Shown here one piece after another: positions 1-10,360 of a stretch of 62,662 nt of DNA. A model generated the notes under the pieces. That model did not search any database. It was given only the letters and a program-made list of their open reading frames with translations, and had not been told where the DNA came from. Origin of the DNA: Burkholderiaceae bacterium (GTDB lineage Bacteria; Pseudomonadota; Gammaproteobacteria; Burkholderiales; Burkholderiaceae_B); the NCBI GenBank assembly GCA_044376975.1, contig JBILJY010000001.1, forward strand, positions 1 to 62,662. Direction: 5' to 3'. The stretch's first letter is position 1. Every line of letters begins with the position of its first letter. The position numbers were made by a program, and so were the translations under genes.

Positions 1-1099
1 GTGGTAAGCCCCAAATCGCTAAAACGCGCAAACCCATAATTCGACCACGGAACTTCGCGTCAGTCGAGCGCAGCATCACCGCAGCCAAGGGAGTCATACA
101 CATGCTTTGTGCAAACCCGGCACATAGCAAAATCACTGCGCCAGCAACAAACGATGTCAGTGGCGCAAAAACTAACAGCAATCCAAACCAGCAAACTGTG
201 GAGATAAACATCGCGCGAGCGGTACCAAGTGAAAACACATTGGTTCCTAGCACCAGCGAGCCCACCAACGCACCCACAGAAAAGCTGGCGCTCAACAAGC
301 CAAGCCCCGTCTGGTCTACCTCATAAATTGTCCGTGCGATGTAGGGCAACAATCCTAAGGAAAATGGAAAAGCCAAAAGGTTGATCAAAAAAGCGATGGC
401 GATCGGACCGAGCAACTCTGGCTTACCCCAGGCATAAACGAAAGCCTCCTTTAGGTCACGCACGGGAGCCATGGAAACTGGTTGACCTACGTGGGGAACC
501 CGGCCCGCCACACCTCGCGAAAAAATAAAACTAACAATGTAGAGAACAGTAATGACAACGTACGCGGGAACCAAGCCAAATTGTGCAAAAACACTCGCAC
601 CTGCAAGCGCGCCCGCAATGCGCGCCGAATCGGAGGTCATGCGCGATAGCCCCAGCGCTGCGGTCATTTGATCTGCTGGTTGCGTCTGACCAATCAAGGC
701 GTAACGCATCATCATGTCCGAGGGACGAACAACACCCACAATGGACGCCAACACAATCACCAACACCGGAGACAACAAATCAAATAGACCTAACAAGGCG
801 ATCAACAGTGCTAGGCAGCCATACAGCCCGCGCGTCAGCATAAACAGGCTTCGATAACCAAACCGATCGCCCGCGATTCCAAAAAATGGGCTGATCAAGG
901 ACCCACTGTATTGCAACGCCCCATACACAACTAGCATGAGCACAGAATTGGATTCCACAAGCACATACCAGCCCAGGACGAGGATCTCCATCTCGAAAGC
1001 CCAAGAGGCACAGAGGTCAGCCGGCCACTGGTAACGAAAGCTGCGCACCTGAAAAGGAATACGTGAAGACTGTACGATTTTGGAGATCGCTGCCAGCAT
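1..1099 (-). CDS. MFS transporter (3' end runs off window)
   Basis: Not in the ORF track because no stop lies in the window. Manual translation from ATG 1099: MLAAISKIVQ...WAFEMEILVLGWYV...GIAGDRFGYR (MFS motif A-like) ...FRGRIMGLRVLAIWGLP; both ends are in the same frame. Confidence 0.85.
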   Translation of the reverse strand, partial: MLAAISKIVQSSRIPFQVRSFRYQWPADLCASWAFEMEILVLGWYVLVESNSVLMLVVYGALQYSGSLISPFFGIAGDRFGYRSLFMLTRGLYGCLALLIALLGLFDLLSPVLVIVLASIVGVVRPSDMMMRYALIGQTQPADQMTAALGLSRMTSDSARIAGALAGASVFAQFGLVPAYVVITVLYIVSFIFSRGVAGRVPHVGQPVSMAPVRDLKEAFVYAWGKPELLGPIAIAFLINLLAFPFSLGLLPYIARTIYEVDQTGLGLLSASFSVGALVGSLVLGTNVFSLGTARAMFISTVCWFGLLLVFAPLTSFVAGAVILLCAGFAQSMCMTPLAAVMLRSTDAKFRGRIMGLRVLAIWGLP

Positions 1100-1186
1100 A
1101 GAATTTGTATAAATGAATTGGATAAGTTCGCAGCCCTCACTCTAACCGCAAAACACGATAAGATGCGCAGCAACAGGGAGACGGAA

Positions 1187-2095
1187 ATGAAGATATTAAT
1201 TCTTGGTGCGGGTGGAGTCGGCGGTTATTTTGGAGCTCGACTTATTCAAGCTGGGGCAGATGTTACTTACCTTCTGCGGGATGCACGTCATACAAAGATT
1301 CAAGCAGAGGGCCTCGCGATCGAAACCCCTAAAGAATCGTTTACAGTTAAGCCTAAGTCCGTCACACGAGAGCAGCTCAAGCCAGAGTATGACCTGATTA
1401 TTCTCGCGCCCAAGGCCTTTGATTTTGACGATGCACTCGAGTCCCTGAGCGGGGCAAGCAGTAAAGGTGTTTTACTACCCTTTCTAAATGGCATGAGCCA
1501 TATTCAGCGCTTAGACGAGAAGTTTGGTCGAGACCGCGTAATGGGCGGCGTAGCCCACATTGCGGCGACAATCGCCTCAAATGGTGCAGTGAAACAATTG
1601 ACAGAGTTGCATGCCCTAACGATCGGCCATCGCTCTGCCTCGCACGAGCCGCTCGCCCGAGAATTTTTTGCTCTGTGTGAGAAGGCTTCTTTCGACAAGT
1701 CGTACAGCGAGAATATCGAACAATCGCTTTGGGATAAGTGGGTCTTTCTTGCGACGCTGGCTGGCATGACAACGCTCTGCCGCGGCCATGTAGGAAAAAT
1801 TGCGGCTGCTCCGTGGGGCAAGGAAGTCATGACCGCTTTTTATGCAGAGCCCTGCGCGATTGCTCAAGCACACGGCTTTCCGACCAAAGCGACTGCCCAG
1901 CAAAAAGCTCTCGATATGCTGACTAAAGTGGGATCCAGCTTTGCGGCGTCTATGCTGCGCGATCTGGTGCAAGGCAACCAGACAGAACACGAACATATTC
2001 TGGGTGCAATGATCGAGCGCGGTGTTGAAAAGAACGTGCCGTGTATTCTTCTGAAGACAGCACATACACATATGGTGGCAGAGCAAACCAACTAG
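1187..2095 (+). CDS. panE: 2-dehydropantoate 2-reductase (PanE/ApbA family)
   Basis: MKILILGAGGVGG Rossmann start, LNG, WDKW, SMLRD..G..TE motifs; GGGAG RBS before ATG 1187. Confidence 0.85.
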   Translation: MKILILGAGGVGGYFGARLIQAGADVTYLLRDARHTKIQAEGLAIETPKESFTVKPKSVTREQLKPEYDLIILAPKAFDFDDALESLSGASSKGVLLPFLNGMSHIQRLDEKFGRDRVMGGVAHIAATIASNGAVKQLTELHALTIGHRSASHEPLAREFFALCEKASFDKSYSENIEQSLWDKWVFLATLAGMTTLCRGHVGKIAAAPWGKEVMTAFYAEPCAIAQAHGFPTKATAQQKALDMLTKVGSSFAASMLRDLVQGNQTEHEHILGAMIERGVEKNVPCILLKTAHTHMVAEQTN

Positions 2096-2108
2096 TGCGT
2101 GCGATGAC

Positions 2109-2726
2109 CTAGCGGGAAAGTGCCAGCCTGATGCCAAAACCAATGAGGCAAAGGCCGGCTACTTTTTCAAGTAAATAGCCCACTATAGGATTCGTGCGCA
2201 ACCGCTCCGCAAGGAAAAAGGTCAATAAGGTCGCACCCAATCCATATAAAAAAGTCAGCACAGCAATCGTGCCGGCCAAAAATCCGAATGTGATGAGCCC
2301 TCTGTGGTGGACAGGGTCCACAAACAAAGGAAAGAAAGCCATGTAAAACACAATGGCTTTGGGATTGAGCACCGTAATCAATAAGGCCTGACGCATATAG
2401 TGATAAGGCTTGATGTTCAAAATGGGTGCGGCGCCAGGCTTGGCGAGTAACATGCGCGCTCCCAACCATGCCAGATAAAGTGCGCCGATCCACTGCACAG
2501 CCTCAAAGGCAGCGGGATAGGCCATCAAGATCGCAGCGACTCCTGCTACGGCTAGCCACAACAAGACTTGATCGCCAAGGATCACACCCATTGTGGCGCC
2601 TAATCCACCAGAGATGCCGCCTTTACTCGTCGAAGTAACCAAGGCCAAATTACCCGGCCCGGGTATCAACAAAAATATTGTGAAGGCAACAACAAAAGCG
2701 CCGTAGTCAGTCACACCAAACAACAT
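2109..2726 (-). CDS. LysE/RhtB family amino-acid exporter (LeuE-like)
   Basis: IPGPGN, GALYLAWLG and LNPKAIVF motifs; about 6 TM segments. Confidence 0.9.
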   Translation of the reverse strand: MLFGVTDYGAFVVAFTIFLLIPGPGNLALVTSTSKGGISGGLGATMGVILGDQVLLWLAVAGVAAILMAYPAAFEAVQWIGALYLAWLGARMLLAKPGAAPILNIKPYHYMRQALLITVLNPKAIVFYMAFFPLFVDPVHHRGLITFGFLAGTIAVLTFLYGLGATLLTFFLAERLRTNPIVGYLLEKVAGLCLIGFGIRLALSR

Positions 2727-2740
2727 ATCCGCCTTAACGA

Positions 2741-3238
2741 TTAATGCTTGTGTGCCGCGTTTTGTTCGATTGCGGCAGGGTTATGGGTCGCTGGCTTGAT
2801 TTCAAAATTAACGTTTACTTCACCCGCTTTCTCAAAGCGCAACGTTACCGGAACAATCTCACCCGCCTTGAACGGTGCGTTCAACCCCATAAACATAATA
2901 TGAAAGCCGCCAGGTGCGAGCGTGGCACTCGCGCCTGCGGGTACGTCAATACCCTGCACTTGCCGCATCTTTGCTACGCCATTCTCGTTAATGATTGTGT
3001 GCAACTCGACACGTCCAACATTTGCCGTCGTCGCTGAAATCAAGCGATCCGTCTGGGTGCTTTTATTCTGAATCTGCACATAACCCGCACCATTTTTTTG
3101 GCCAGGAGCACTTGCGCGCACCCAAGGCGCCTCGAAAGCCAAGCCAGCATTTGACGTGTTTTGTGCCGCCGCCGAGCTAGCGAGCAAAACGCCGATCACG
3201 AGCGCGACAGAACTGAACAGCTTTTTCATTTTTATCAC
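2741..3238 (-). CDS. Copper chaperone PCu(A)C
   Basis: Signal peptide; PWVRA, ELH-x-M and PGGFHIMFMGL (H..M..H.M copper ligands). Confidence 0.9.
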   Translation of the reverse strand: MIKMKKLFSSVALVIGVLLASSAAAQNTSNAGLAFEAPWVRASAPGQKNGAGYVQIQNKSTQTDRLISATTANVGRVELHTIINENGVAKMRQVQGIDVPAGASATLAPGGFHIMFMGLNAPFKAGEIVPVTLRFEKAGEVNVNFEIKPATHNPAAIEQNAAHKH

Positions 3239-3327
3239 CTAAAAATTAGCTTCTTAAACTTTGATACCCCAAATTTTATCTGAAGACCAAGTAAACGCTC
3301 TAAACTGCACTGCAGGTAAAAAAAGCA

Positions 3328-4203
3328 ATGTCAGATAAAACTTCTCAATCAGGGACACGCAGCACTTTGCTTAATCAGGAAGCATCGGGGATTTACGCGC
3401 CCGCGCGCCTGATCCAGCCGATACCACGTCAACGTTATGGCTGGCGTGCGGCGATCATTGTCCTCGCACACCTTGCACTCTTGGCCGTGTTCCTGATGCG
3501 CCTTGACTTTTTGTCAGGAGGCGCCGTACCGTCAAAGTCCGAAACTCTCGACATCATCGTCGTCGATCTCTCGAGCGAGAGCGACACTACACCACCCGCA
3601 GAGCCGGTTGCAGAAGCTTCCATCACAAGCCCGCCTCCACCGACTTCCCTCACGCCTCCGACTGAATCGCAGCCCATTCAAGCGCCAGCCACTATTCCAG
3701 TTGAACCAGCCACCCAGCCAGCTGTGGAGGCACTCCTCGTGACACAAGAAGTGCCACGTACCACACCTGCCGAATCCCCTGTACGACCAGAGCCGCCTGC
3801 ACCCGCACCAAAGCCAGTCGCAACCGCAGTAAACAAAAACATTGCAGCCCCATCGTCTTCAGCAACCACCAGTGCGCCTCAGCAACCCGCTGCAGGCTTA
3901 AATAGAGATTCTGACTTTCAGACGACTCCACCAAAGTTAGATCCAGCGTATCTACACAACCCTGCCCCCAATTACCCACCTCTATCAAAGCGCAATAGAG
4001 AAAGCGGAACGGTGTTATTGCTTGTCAAGGTCGATCCAGAGGGTAAGGCCACCACTGTCACCTTACATAAGTCGAGCGGGTATGAGCGACTTGATCAAGC
4101 TGCCATACAAGCGGTCACTCGATGGCGATTTGTTCCCGGCATGCGGGGGCAAACCGCCATCAGCGCGACCGTGATCGTTCCGATCAGTTTTAAACAACCC
4201 TAA
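3328..4203 (+). CDS. tonB: TonB family energy transducer
   Basis: TM anchor with His (VLAHLAL), Pro-rich linker, C-terminal domain YP...GTV...SSG..RLD.AA..AV.RWRF.P. Confidence 0.88.
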   Translation: MSDKTSQSGTRSTLLNQEASGIYAPARLIQPIPRQRYGWRAAIIVLAHLALLAVFLMRLDFLSGGAVPSKSETLDIIVVDLSSESDTTPPAEPVAEASITSPPPPTSLTPPTESQPIQAPATIPVEPATQPAVEALLVTQEVPRTTPAESPVRPEPPAPAPKPVATAVNKNIAAPSSSATTSAPQQPAAGLNRDSDFQTTPPKLDPAYLHNPAPNYPPLSKRNRESGTVLLLVKVDPEGKATTVTLHKSSGYERLDQAAIQAVTRWRFVPGMRGQTAISATVIVPISFKQP

Positions 4204-4229
4204 CGATCAACAGACACGGAGGAAAAGTT

Positions 4230-5105
4230 TTACAGCGCGTTCAAGGGAATCTTGACGTAAGAGGTCCCGTTGGACTCAGGTGGCGGTAAGTGACCCGCAC
4301 GAATATTAATTTGCACTGCGGGCAGAATGAGCACGGGCATTTCTAGGGTTGCGTCACGCTTCGTCCTCATTTCAACGAATTGCTCTTGCGTCACACCGTC
4401 ATGTAAATGGATGTTCTTTGCTCGCTGCTCAGCCACGGTCGTTTCAAATTGAATAGGTCTGTTGTTTGGTGGATAGTCATGGCACATGAACAAACGCGTC
4501 TCTGGCGGCAGACTCAAAATCTTTCTGTTCGACGCGTAAAGCGCTCTGGCATCCCCACCAGGAAAGTCACAACGTGCCGAGCCTACATCAGGCATGAACA
4601 TCGTGTCACCCACAAATACTGCATCACCAAACTGGTAGGCCATGCAGGCAGGTGTGTGACCCGGAACAAACAAAGCACGACCAGTTAGGGAACCGACTTG
4701 GATTACCTCGTCCTCTGCAAACAGATGATCGAATTGCGAGCCGTCCTGCTTGAAGCTCGGTTCTAGATTAAAAATGCCTGCAAAGACTTTCTGTACCGCA
4801 GTAATTTTCGAGCCAATCGATATCTTTCCTCCTAACTTTTCTTTCAAGTAGGGTGCGGCAGACAAATGATCCGCATGCGCATGCGTCTCGAGAATCCATT
4901 CAACTTTTAGCTGATTCGCCCGCACAAACTCCACCACCTTGTCCGCAGAGAAGTGTTTAGTCCGACCAGACTTGGGGTCGTAATCCAGCACCGAATCAAT
5001 AATCGCGCAACTCGATCCCGGGGCGTCGTAGACGACATAGGTGACGGTCCAGGTCGCTGGATCGAAAATTCCATGAACGTTTGGCTTTTTTTCTGAGGCA
5101 GACAT
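4230..5105 (-). CDS. Persulfide dioxygenase (ETHE1/Pdo-like MBL-fold)
   Basis: ETHAHADH, PGHTPAC, FVGDT, ARCDF and MCHDY motifs; context with ArsR/YeeE/SulP. Confidence 0.88.
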   Translation of the reverse strand: MSASEKKPNVHGIFDPATWTVTYVVYDAPGSSCAIIDSVLDYDPKSGRTKHFSADKVVEFVRANQLKVEWILETHAHADHLSAAPYLKEKLGGKISIGSKITAVQKVFAGIFNLEPSFKQDGSQFDHLFAEDEVIQVGSLTGRALFVPGHTPACMAYQFGDAVFVGDTMFMPDVGSARCDFPGGDARALYASNRKILSLPPETRLFMCHDYPPNNRPIQFETTVAEQRAKNIHLHDGVTQEQFVEMRTKRDATLEMPVLILPAVQINIRAGHLPPPESNGTSYVKIPLNAL

Positions 5106-5136
5106 TTTTTCACTCCAACTATCAATAAGATGAATA

Positions 5137-5173
5137 TATTATATTTACAAATACATTATTAGTAAATATAATA
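5137..5173. promoter_or_regulatory. Perfect 12-bp inverted repeat, putative BigR/SqrR-type operator
   Basis: TATTATATTTAC-N13-GTAAATATAATA in the AT-rich divergent gap between pdo and the ArsR gene. Confidence 0.65.
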
Positions 5174-5209
5174 CTTACTTGATTATTATCAACAAAGCAG
5201 CCAATACAA

Positions 5210-5545
5210 ATGTCCACTTCAACCCCAACGCTTGAGCTAGAGGCAATGCAAGCCGCGGCCGATCAGGCCTGCCGCTTAATGAAGGTGCTCACCAATTCAG
5301 ATCGCTTAATGATCTTGTGTCAACTTACACAAGAAGAAAAGTGCGTGAGCGAATTGCAAGAGTTGCTCGGTATCGTGCAGCCCACCTTGTCTCAACAACT
5401 AACCGTTTTGCGCAACGAAAAGCTCGTCACCACACGTCGAGAAGGAAAAAATATCTACTATCGCTTCGCTAGTCCTCAGGCGTTTGCCGTAATCGAAGTG
5501 TTGTATTCCCAGTTTTGTAAAAAGACGAAGGCTAAAAAATCATGA
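5210..5545 (+). CDS. ArsR family persulfide-sensing repressor (BigR/SqrR-like)
   Basis: RLMILCQL, QPTLSQQL..LR and RREGK.IYY motifs; C-terminal FC gives the Cys pair typical of BigR/SqrR. Confidence 0.85.
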   Translation: MSTSTPTLELEAMQAAADQACRLMKVLTNSDRLMILCQLTQEEKCVSELQELLGIVQPTLSQQLTVLRNEKLVTTRREGKNIYYRFASPQAFAVIEVLYSQFCKKTKAKKS

Positions 5546-5979
5546 TGATCGATTGGACAAATTTTTCCCCTTGGAGCGCCATTTTTGGTGGTGTGTTGCT
5601 TGGCGTCGCCTCTGCACTTTTTATCCTCGCGAATGGCCGCATACTTGGTATCAGCGGCATTCTTGGTGGATTGCTTCCACCTAAATCAGGTGATACCGGT
5701 TGGCGATTAGCCTTCCTCGCCGGAATGTTCGTAGCACCTTGGGTATTTTTGCTACTCGCTCCAGCAGACCTCGTCTCGGTGCCTCGCATCGAGGCCAATA
5801 CGCTTACGACAGTGATTGCCGGCCTTCTAGTCGGCGTTGGTACGCGCTACGCGTCAGGTTGCACAAGCGGCCATGGCGTTTGCGGTCTCTCCCGCCTATC
5901 GCCACGCTCGTTAGTCGCAACAGTCAGTTTTATGGGTGCCGGCTTTGGCACCGTTCTCCTTGTTCGTCACTGGTTATAA
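5542..5979 (+). CDS. YeeE/YedE family sulfur transporter (small)
   Basis: GRILGISGI and [10 protein letters not shown] motifs. Confidence 0.9.
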   Translation: MMIDWTNFSPWSAIFGGVLLGVASALFILANGRILGISGILGGLLPPKSGDTGWRLAFLAGMFVAPWVFLLLAPADLVSVPRIEANTLTTVIAGLLVGVGTRYASGCTSGHGVCGLSRLSPRSLVATVSFMGAGFGTVLLVRHWL

Positions 5980-5989
5980 AGGAAGCACG

Positions 5990-6403
5990 ATGCATCGACT
6001 CGTTGAGTTTCTTGTGGGACTGCTATTTGGTCTAGGTCTCATTCTTTCAGGCATGACTGATCCTGGAAAAGTCCTCGGCTTTCTGGACCTCTTTGGCGCC
6101 TGGGATCCATCCTTGGCGTTCGTCATGATGGGCGCAATCGCCGTGGGATTTTTTGCTTTTGCGATTGCCAAAAAACGCACCACGACGATCTTTGGTGGTG
6201 CCCTGCACTTACCGAAGGCGAGTCATATCGACAAGCGCTTGGTCATCGGCAGCACTGTTTTTGGTATCGGTTGGGGCTTAGCAGGCTTCTGCCCTGGTCC
6301 AGCACTTGTGTCAATGGCTTCGGGTCAAATACAAGCTTTGTGGTTCGTCTGTGCGATGGTAGCGGGCATGCTGGCGTTCGAGGCGCTCGAACGTAATCGA
6401 TGA
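5990..6403 (+). CDS. YeeE/YedE family partner (small)
   Basis: GLILSGM.DP.KV.GFLD..G.WDPSL and GFCPGP motifs; AAGGA RBS before ATG 5990. Confidence 0.9.
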   Translation: MHRLVEFLVGLLFGLGLILSGMTDPGKVLGFLDLFGAWDPSLAFVMMGAIAVGFFAFAIAKKRTTTIFGGALHLPKASHIDKRLVIGSTVFGIGWGLAGFCPGPALVSMASGQIQALWFVCAMVAGMLAFEALERNR

Positions 6404-8136
6404 GATTCCCACCCCCCCGACTGCCAATTTTTGACTGGGTCCCCACTTACGATCAGAAGACGTTCACCAGTGATCTACTTGCTGCGCTAATCGTCACCCT
6501 CATGCTGATCCCGCAAAGTCTCGCTTATGCGATGCTGGCGGGACTACCTCCAGAGGTGGGGCTTTACGCGAGCATCGCACCATTAGTCCTGTATATGTTT
6601 TTCGGGACTAGTCGAGTCCTCGCTGTCGGTCCGGTCGCGGTTATCTCCCTGATGACCGCAGCTGCCATCGGTGAACATGCAAGCGCAGGAACACACGCCT
6701 ACTGGCAGATCGCAATCACTCTCGCTTTTTTATCTGGCCTGATACTGCTGGCTTTGGGCTTGCTACGCCTTGGGTTTCTTGCAAACTTCTTAAGTCACTC
6801 GGTGGTATCCGGATTCATCACCGCTTCGGCATTGCTTATTGCCGCGAATCAATTCAAAACCGTCATGGGCGTACGCGTCGACGGGGACAATTTTTTTGTA
6901 CTCCTAAAGAATTTACTGGCACAGGCTACCCACACACATGCTTTAACATTTTTAGTTGGTATTGGGACACTAGGCTTCCTGTTTCTAACTCGGCATTACC
7001 TCAAGCCGAACCTGATCAGGCTCGGCGTACCACCAACAATCGCCGATATCGTGGGCAAAGCCTGCCCCGTCATCGCGATAGGCCTCACAACCGGCCTCAC
7101 CTGGGGGCTTTCTTGGGATCAGGCCGGCATCAAAGTAGTGGGCTTTGTGCCCCAGAGCCTGCCACCCGTTACGGCGCCGCTCTGGGATATCTCGCTTTGG
7201 AGCACTCTCTTTGTCCCGGCACTCCTGATTAGTATTGTGGGCTTCGTTGAATCAGTGTCGGTAGGCCAGACACTTGCCGCGCGTAAGCGCCAGCGTATCG
7301 AACCTAATCAAGAACTGGTGGCACTGGGTGCCTGCAACTTATCGGCGGCCTTCACCGGTGGATTCCCCGTTACCGGAGGTTTTGCGCGCTCGGTTGTGAA
7401 CGCAGATAGCGGCGCCCGTACCCCAGCAGCAGGCTTCATGACCGCTTTGGGCATCGCACTCACCTCGTTATTGCTCACACCCGTTCTTTTTTATTTGCCT
7501 CATGTCACTCTCGCAGCAACGATCATCATTGCAGTGCTATCGCTTGTCGATTTCAAGATATTTATACACACCTGGCACTTTGCCCGTTCCGACTTTTATG
7601 CCGCAGCAGCAACCCTACTCGGCACCCTTGGTTTTGGTGTGGAGGCAGGTCTTATTGTGGGTGTGCTGTTATCAATCGGACTCCACCTCTATAAAACGAG
7701 TGAACCACACATCGCAGAAGTCGGGCTTGTCCCTGGCACCGAGCATTTCAGAAATGTGACGCGCCACCATGTCATGACGAGTCCAATCGTACTTTGCCTT
7801 CGCATCGATGAAAGCCTCTATTTTGCCAACGCACGAAATATCGAAGATCGCCTGAATGCCGAGGTCGCAGGACGCACTGAGCTACAACATGTTGTGCTGC
7901 AGTGTTCGGCAGTAAACGACATAGATGCCAGCGCGTTAGAAAGCCTAGAGACTATCGAAAAACGCCTGAGAGATGCCGGTATCAAGCTGCACTTGTCCGA
8001 GGTGAAAGGTCCGGTCATGGATCGCCTAACAAAAACGCAGTTTCTAAAAAAGCTTAGCGGTCAGGTTTACCTCACAAACTATCGTGCGCTGCAGCAATTG
8101 GATCCCGACACTTTCGCGCGCGCCGCCGTGCTTTAA
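6400..8136 (+). CDS. sulP: SulP/SLC26 sulfate permease with STAS domain
   Basis: PQSLAYAMLAGLPP..GLY, NQEL.ALG, GGFARS.VN; STAS domain LYFAN...IDAS. Confidence 0.93.
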   Translation: MRFPPPRLPIFDWVPTYDQKTFTSDLLAALIVTLMLIPQSLAYAMLAGLPPEVGLYASIAPLVLYMFFGTSRVLAVGPVAVISLMTAAAIGEHASAGTHAYWQIAITLAFLSGLILLALGLLRLGFLANFLSHSVVSGFITASALLIAANQFKTVMGVRVDGDNFFVLLKNLLAQATHTHALTFLVGIGTLGFLFLTRHYLKPNLIRLGVPPTIADIVGKACPVIAIGLTTGLTWGLSWDQAGIKVVGFVPQSLPPVTAPLWDISLWSTLFVPALLISIVGFVESVSVGQTLAARKRQRIEPNQELVALGACNLSAAFTGGFPVTGGFARSVVNADSGARTPAAGFMTALGIALTSLLLTPVLFYLPHVTLAATIIIAVLSLVDFKIFIHTWHFARSDFYAAAATLLGTLGFGVEAGLIVGVLLSIGLHLYKTSEPHIAEVGLVPGTEHFRNVTRHHVMTSPIVLCLRIDESLYFANARNIEDRLNAEVAGRTELQHVVLQCSAVNDIDASALESLETIEKRLRDAGIKLHLSEVKGPVMDRLTKTQFLKKLSGQVYLTNYRALQQLDPDTFARAAVL

Positions 8137-8143
8137 TCCCCCC

Positions 8144-9352
8144 ATGGAAAACACACCGAAGCTGTTTAATAAAAACTTGGTGCTATTGATTTTGTGTCAA
8201 GGCATCTTTCTCGTCAACAACATCACCTTTGTAGCAATCAATGGTCTTGTCGGACTGAGTTTGAGCCGGGTCGCCTGGATGGCGACACTCCCTATCATGG
8301 GATATGTTGTGGGGGGCGCCCTATCGACCTCTATCGTTGCCCGAGCACAGCGGCGCTTCGGTCGGCAAAAGTCTTTCCAACTCGGACTTTTAGTAGCGAT
8401 CGTTTCGTCTTTGATTTGCGCGTATGCAGCCTATTCGAAAAATTTCTGGTTATTAGTATTTGGTACCTTTGTTGCAGGCTACTACAGCGCTAACGGTCAA
8501 CTCTACCGCTTCGCAGCTGCCGAGCTCACGGATGTCAGTCTTAGAGAGAAGGCAATTTCTTGGGTCTTAGCCGGCGGCATCATCGGCGCCGTCGTTGGCC
8601 CTAACTTGGCGAACTACACCAAAGATTCCTTTGACACGCCATTTTTAGGTGCGTATCTCATTCTGACTGTTGCGGGTTTTCTGGGCTTGCTCGTCATGCA
8701 CTTCATCGAGTTCCCAAAGATCTCAGCGGCAGAAAAAAAGGCAGCGGGGACTGGGCGTACGGCCTGGGAGTTACTCAAACAACCGGTCTTTCTTGTCGCC
8801 GCTGTGAGCTCCGCTCTCGGCTACGGCGTGATGAACCTGCTGATGGCCGCAACACCTCTTGCGATGAAGGTCTGTGGCCTGCCCTTCTCAGACGCTGCCT
8901 TTGTTCTTGAGTGGCATGTCATTGGGATGTTCGCACCGGGATTTTTTACAGGCTCTTTAATTAAAAAATATGGCACAGGCAAAATTATGTGGCTTGGCAT
9001 ATTTTTAAATTTTGTCTGCATTTTGATCGCACTGTCTGGCGTAGACGTGATGCACTTTATGTTGGCCTCCTTCATTCTCGGCGTCGGTTGGAACTTCCTC
9101 TTCACGAGCGCAACAAACCTCGCGATGACCGCCTACCGACCAGAAGAGAAGGATCGCGCTCAAGGCGTGATCAATTTCTTTGTCTTCACAACGATGGCGG
9201 TCACTTCGTTTAGCTCAGGCGCACTTGTGACAACATCAGGCTGGGACATCCTGAACCTTGGTTCATTGTTCCCGGTTGTTTTAATGGGTGTCGCACTTCT
9301 TTGGTTGCGTCATAAGGACGCGCAAGAAAAGAAACGGTCAGTACCGAACTAG
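8144..9352 (+). CDS. MFS transporter
   Basis: About 12 TM segments; YRFAAAE and WHVIGMFAPGFFTG; ATG 8144 follows the sulP stop. Confidence 0.85.
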   Translation: MENTPKLFNKNLVLLILCQGIFLVNNITFVAINGLVGLSLSRVAWMATLPIMGYVVGGALSTSIVARAQRRFGRQKSFQLGLLVAIVSSLICAYAAYSKNFWLLVFGTFVAGYYSANGQLYRFAAAELTDVSLREKAISWVLAGGIIGAVVGPNLANYTKDSFDTPFLGAYLILTVAGFLGLLVMHFIEFPKISAAEKKAAGTGRTAWELLKQPVFLVAAVSSALGYGVMNLLMAATPLAMKVCGLPFSDAAFVLEWHVIGMFAPGFFTGSLIKKYGTGKIMWLGIFLNFVCILIALSGVDVMHFMLASFILGVGWNFLFTSATNLAMTAYRPEEKDRAQGVINFFVFTTMAVTSFSSGALVTTSGWDILNLGSLFPVVLMGVALLWLRHKDAQEKKRSVPN

Positions 9353-9355
9353 TCT

Positions 9356-10360
9356 TTACCGGTTGCGCTGCGCTGCAAGCCCTGCGCCCAACAAAATGCA
9401 GAGGCTTGCAATCATGGAGCTAAACGCCAAGGTCGACATCCCTGTTAGACCTTGGCCAATCGAGCAGCCCAACCCTAAGGCACCGCCTACTCCCATCAAC
9501 ATGCCACCGAGCACGTAGCGTCTCATCTCGCGTGGTGTAGAAAACCCCTGAAGCTGTAATGTGCCCCGCAGAGCGGCAATCACAAACGAGCCGAGTAACA
9601 CGCCACAGATCACGGCTACCGGAAAACCGAAGCGCATACCCGTGGCAATCATTAGATACTGAATGGTCTCGCCAATCGGAGCGATAAACGTCAGTGATAC
9701 CAACGGTTTTGGCTCAAACTCGTCAGCGGCAAGCCAACCTGTTGCAATCCAACCGGCCACCACCAGCAAACCCACACCAAGACCACCGAAGAAGTCTTTC
9801 GCGCTGCGCACAATCATGCCGCGATAAAAAACAAACCAAGCTAAGGTCACGAGCAATAGACCAACAAGAAAACGGTTCGAAAGCGACGACCACTCATACA
9901 GTCCGCCCAGGGGAACGCTTGTTACCTGCGCCAGCATTGTTCTCAATGGACCCAACACTCCTGACAGTGTCGCGTAGGCCGATATCCCAAGGCAAAGCAA
10001 TACAACCAACGAGCGCAAATTACCTTGCGCCAACAGCACCACGGTACGCGCGCCGCAACCGTTTGCGAGCATCATGCCGTAGCCAAACATCGTCGCACCC
10101 AGAGGTAGAAGCAACCAAGAGAAGTTCGATGTGCGGTAGATAGCAGTCGAAAAATCAATCAGCTCAGTTATAGCCAGTAACTGTGTGCCGACTATCGCGA
10201 CAAGCATCGCCAAGGCAAACGATCTCGCCTTCAGCAGATTTTTAGATTCAACATAATCCTTTACCGCCCGATTCAAACAAAATCCTGTTGATTGGCCGAG
10301 CGCACCGAACGCGACACCAATCGCCAGGCCAGACCAAGCCAGTATTTCGTTCGGTGACAT
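9356..10360 (-). CDS. Full-length YeeE/YedE (SoxT/TsuA-like) sulfur transporter
   Basis: Three conserved Cys motifs: GFC, NGCG, GCSIGQG; start overlaps the fccB stop. Confidence 0.88.
   Translation of the reverse strand: MSPNEILAWSGLAIGVAFGALGQSTGFCLNRAVKDYVESKNLLKARSFALAMLVAIVGTQLLAITELIDFSTAIYRTSNFSWLLLPLGATMFGYGMMLANGCGARTVVLLAQGNLRSLVVLLCLGISAYATLSGVLGPLRTMLAQVTSVPLGGLYEWSSLSNRFLVGLLLVTLAWFVFYRGMIVRSAKDFFGGLGVGLLVVAGWIATGWLAADEFEPKPLVSLTFIAPIGETIQYLMIATGMRFGFPVAVICGVLLGSFVIAALRGTLQLQGFSTPREMRRYVLGGMLMGVGGALGLGCSIGQGLTGMSTLAFSSMIASLCILLGAGLAAQRNR

Noticed and set aside
3570-3900. Low-complexity Pro/Thr/Ala-rich stretch as a DNA repeat element
   Set aside because: Explained by the normal TonB periplasmic linker.
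4230-5105. MBL-fold gene as a beta-lactam resistance gene
   Set aside because: Motifs and context fit a persulfide dioxygenase; no signal peptide.
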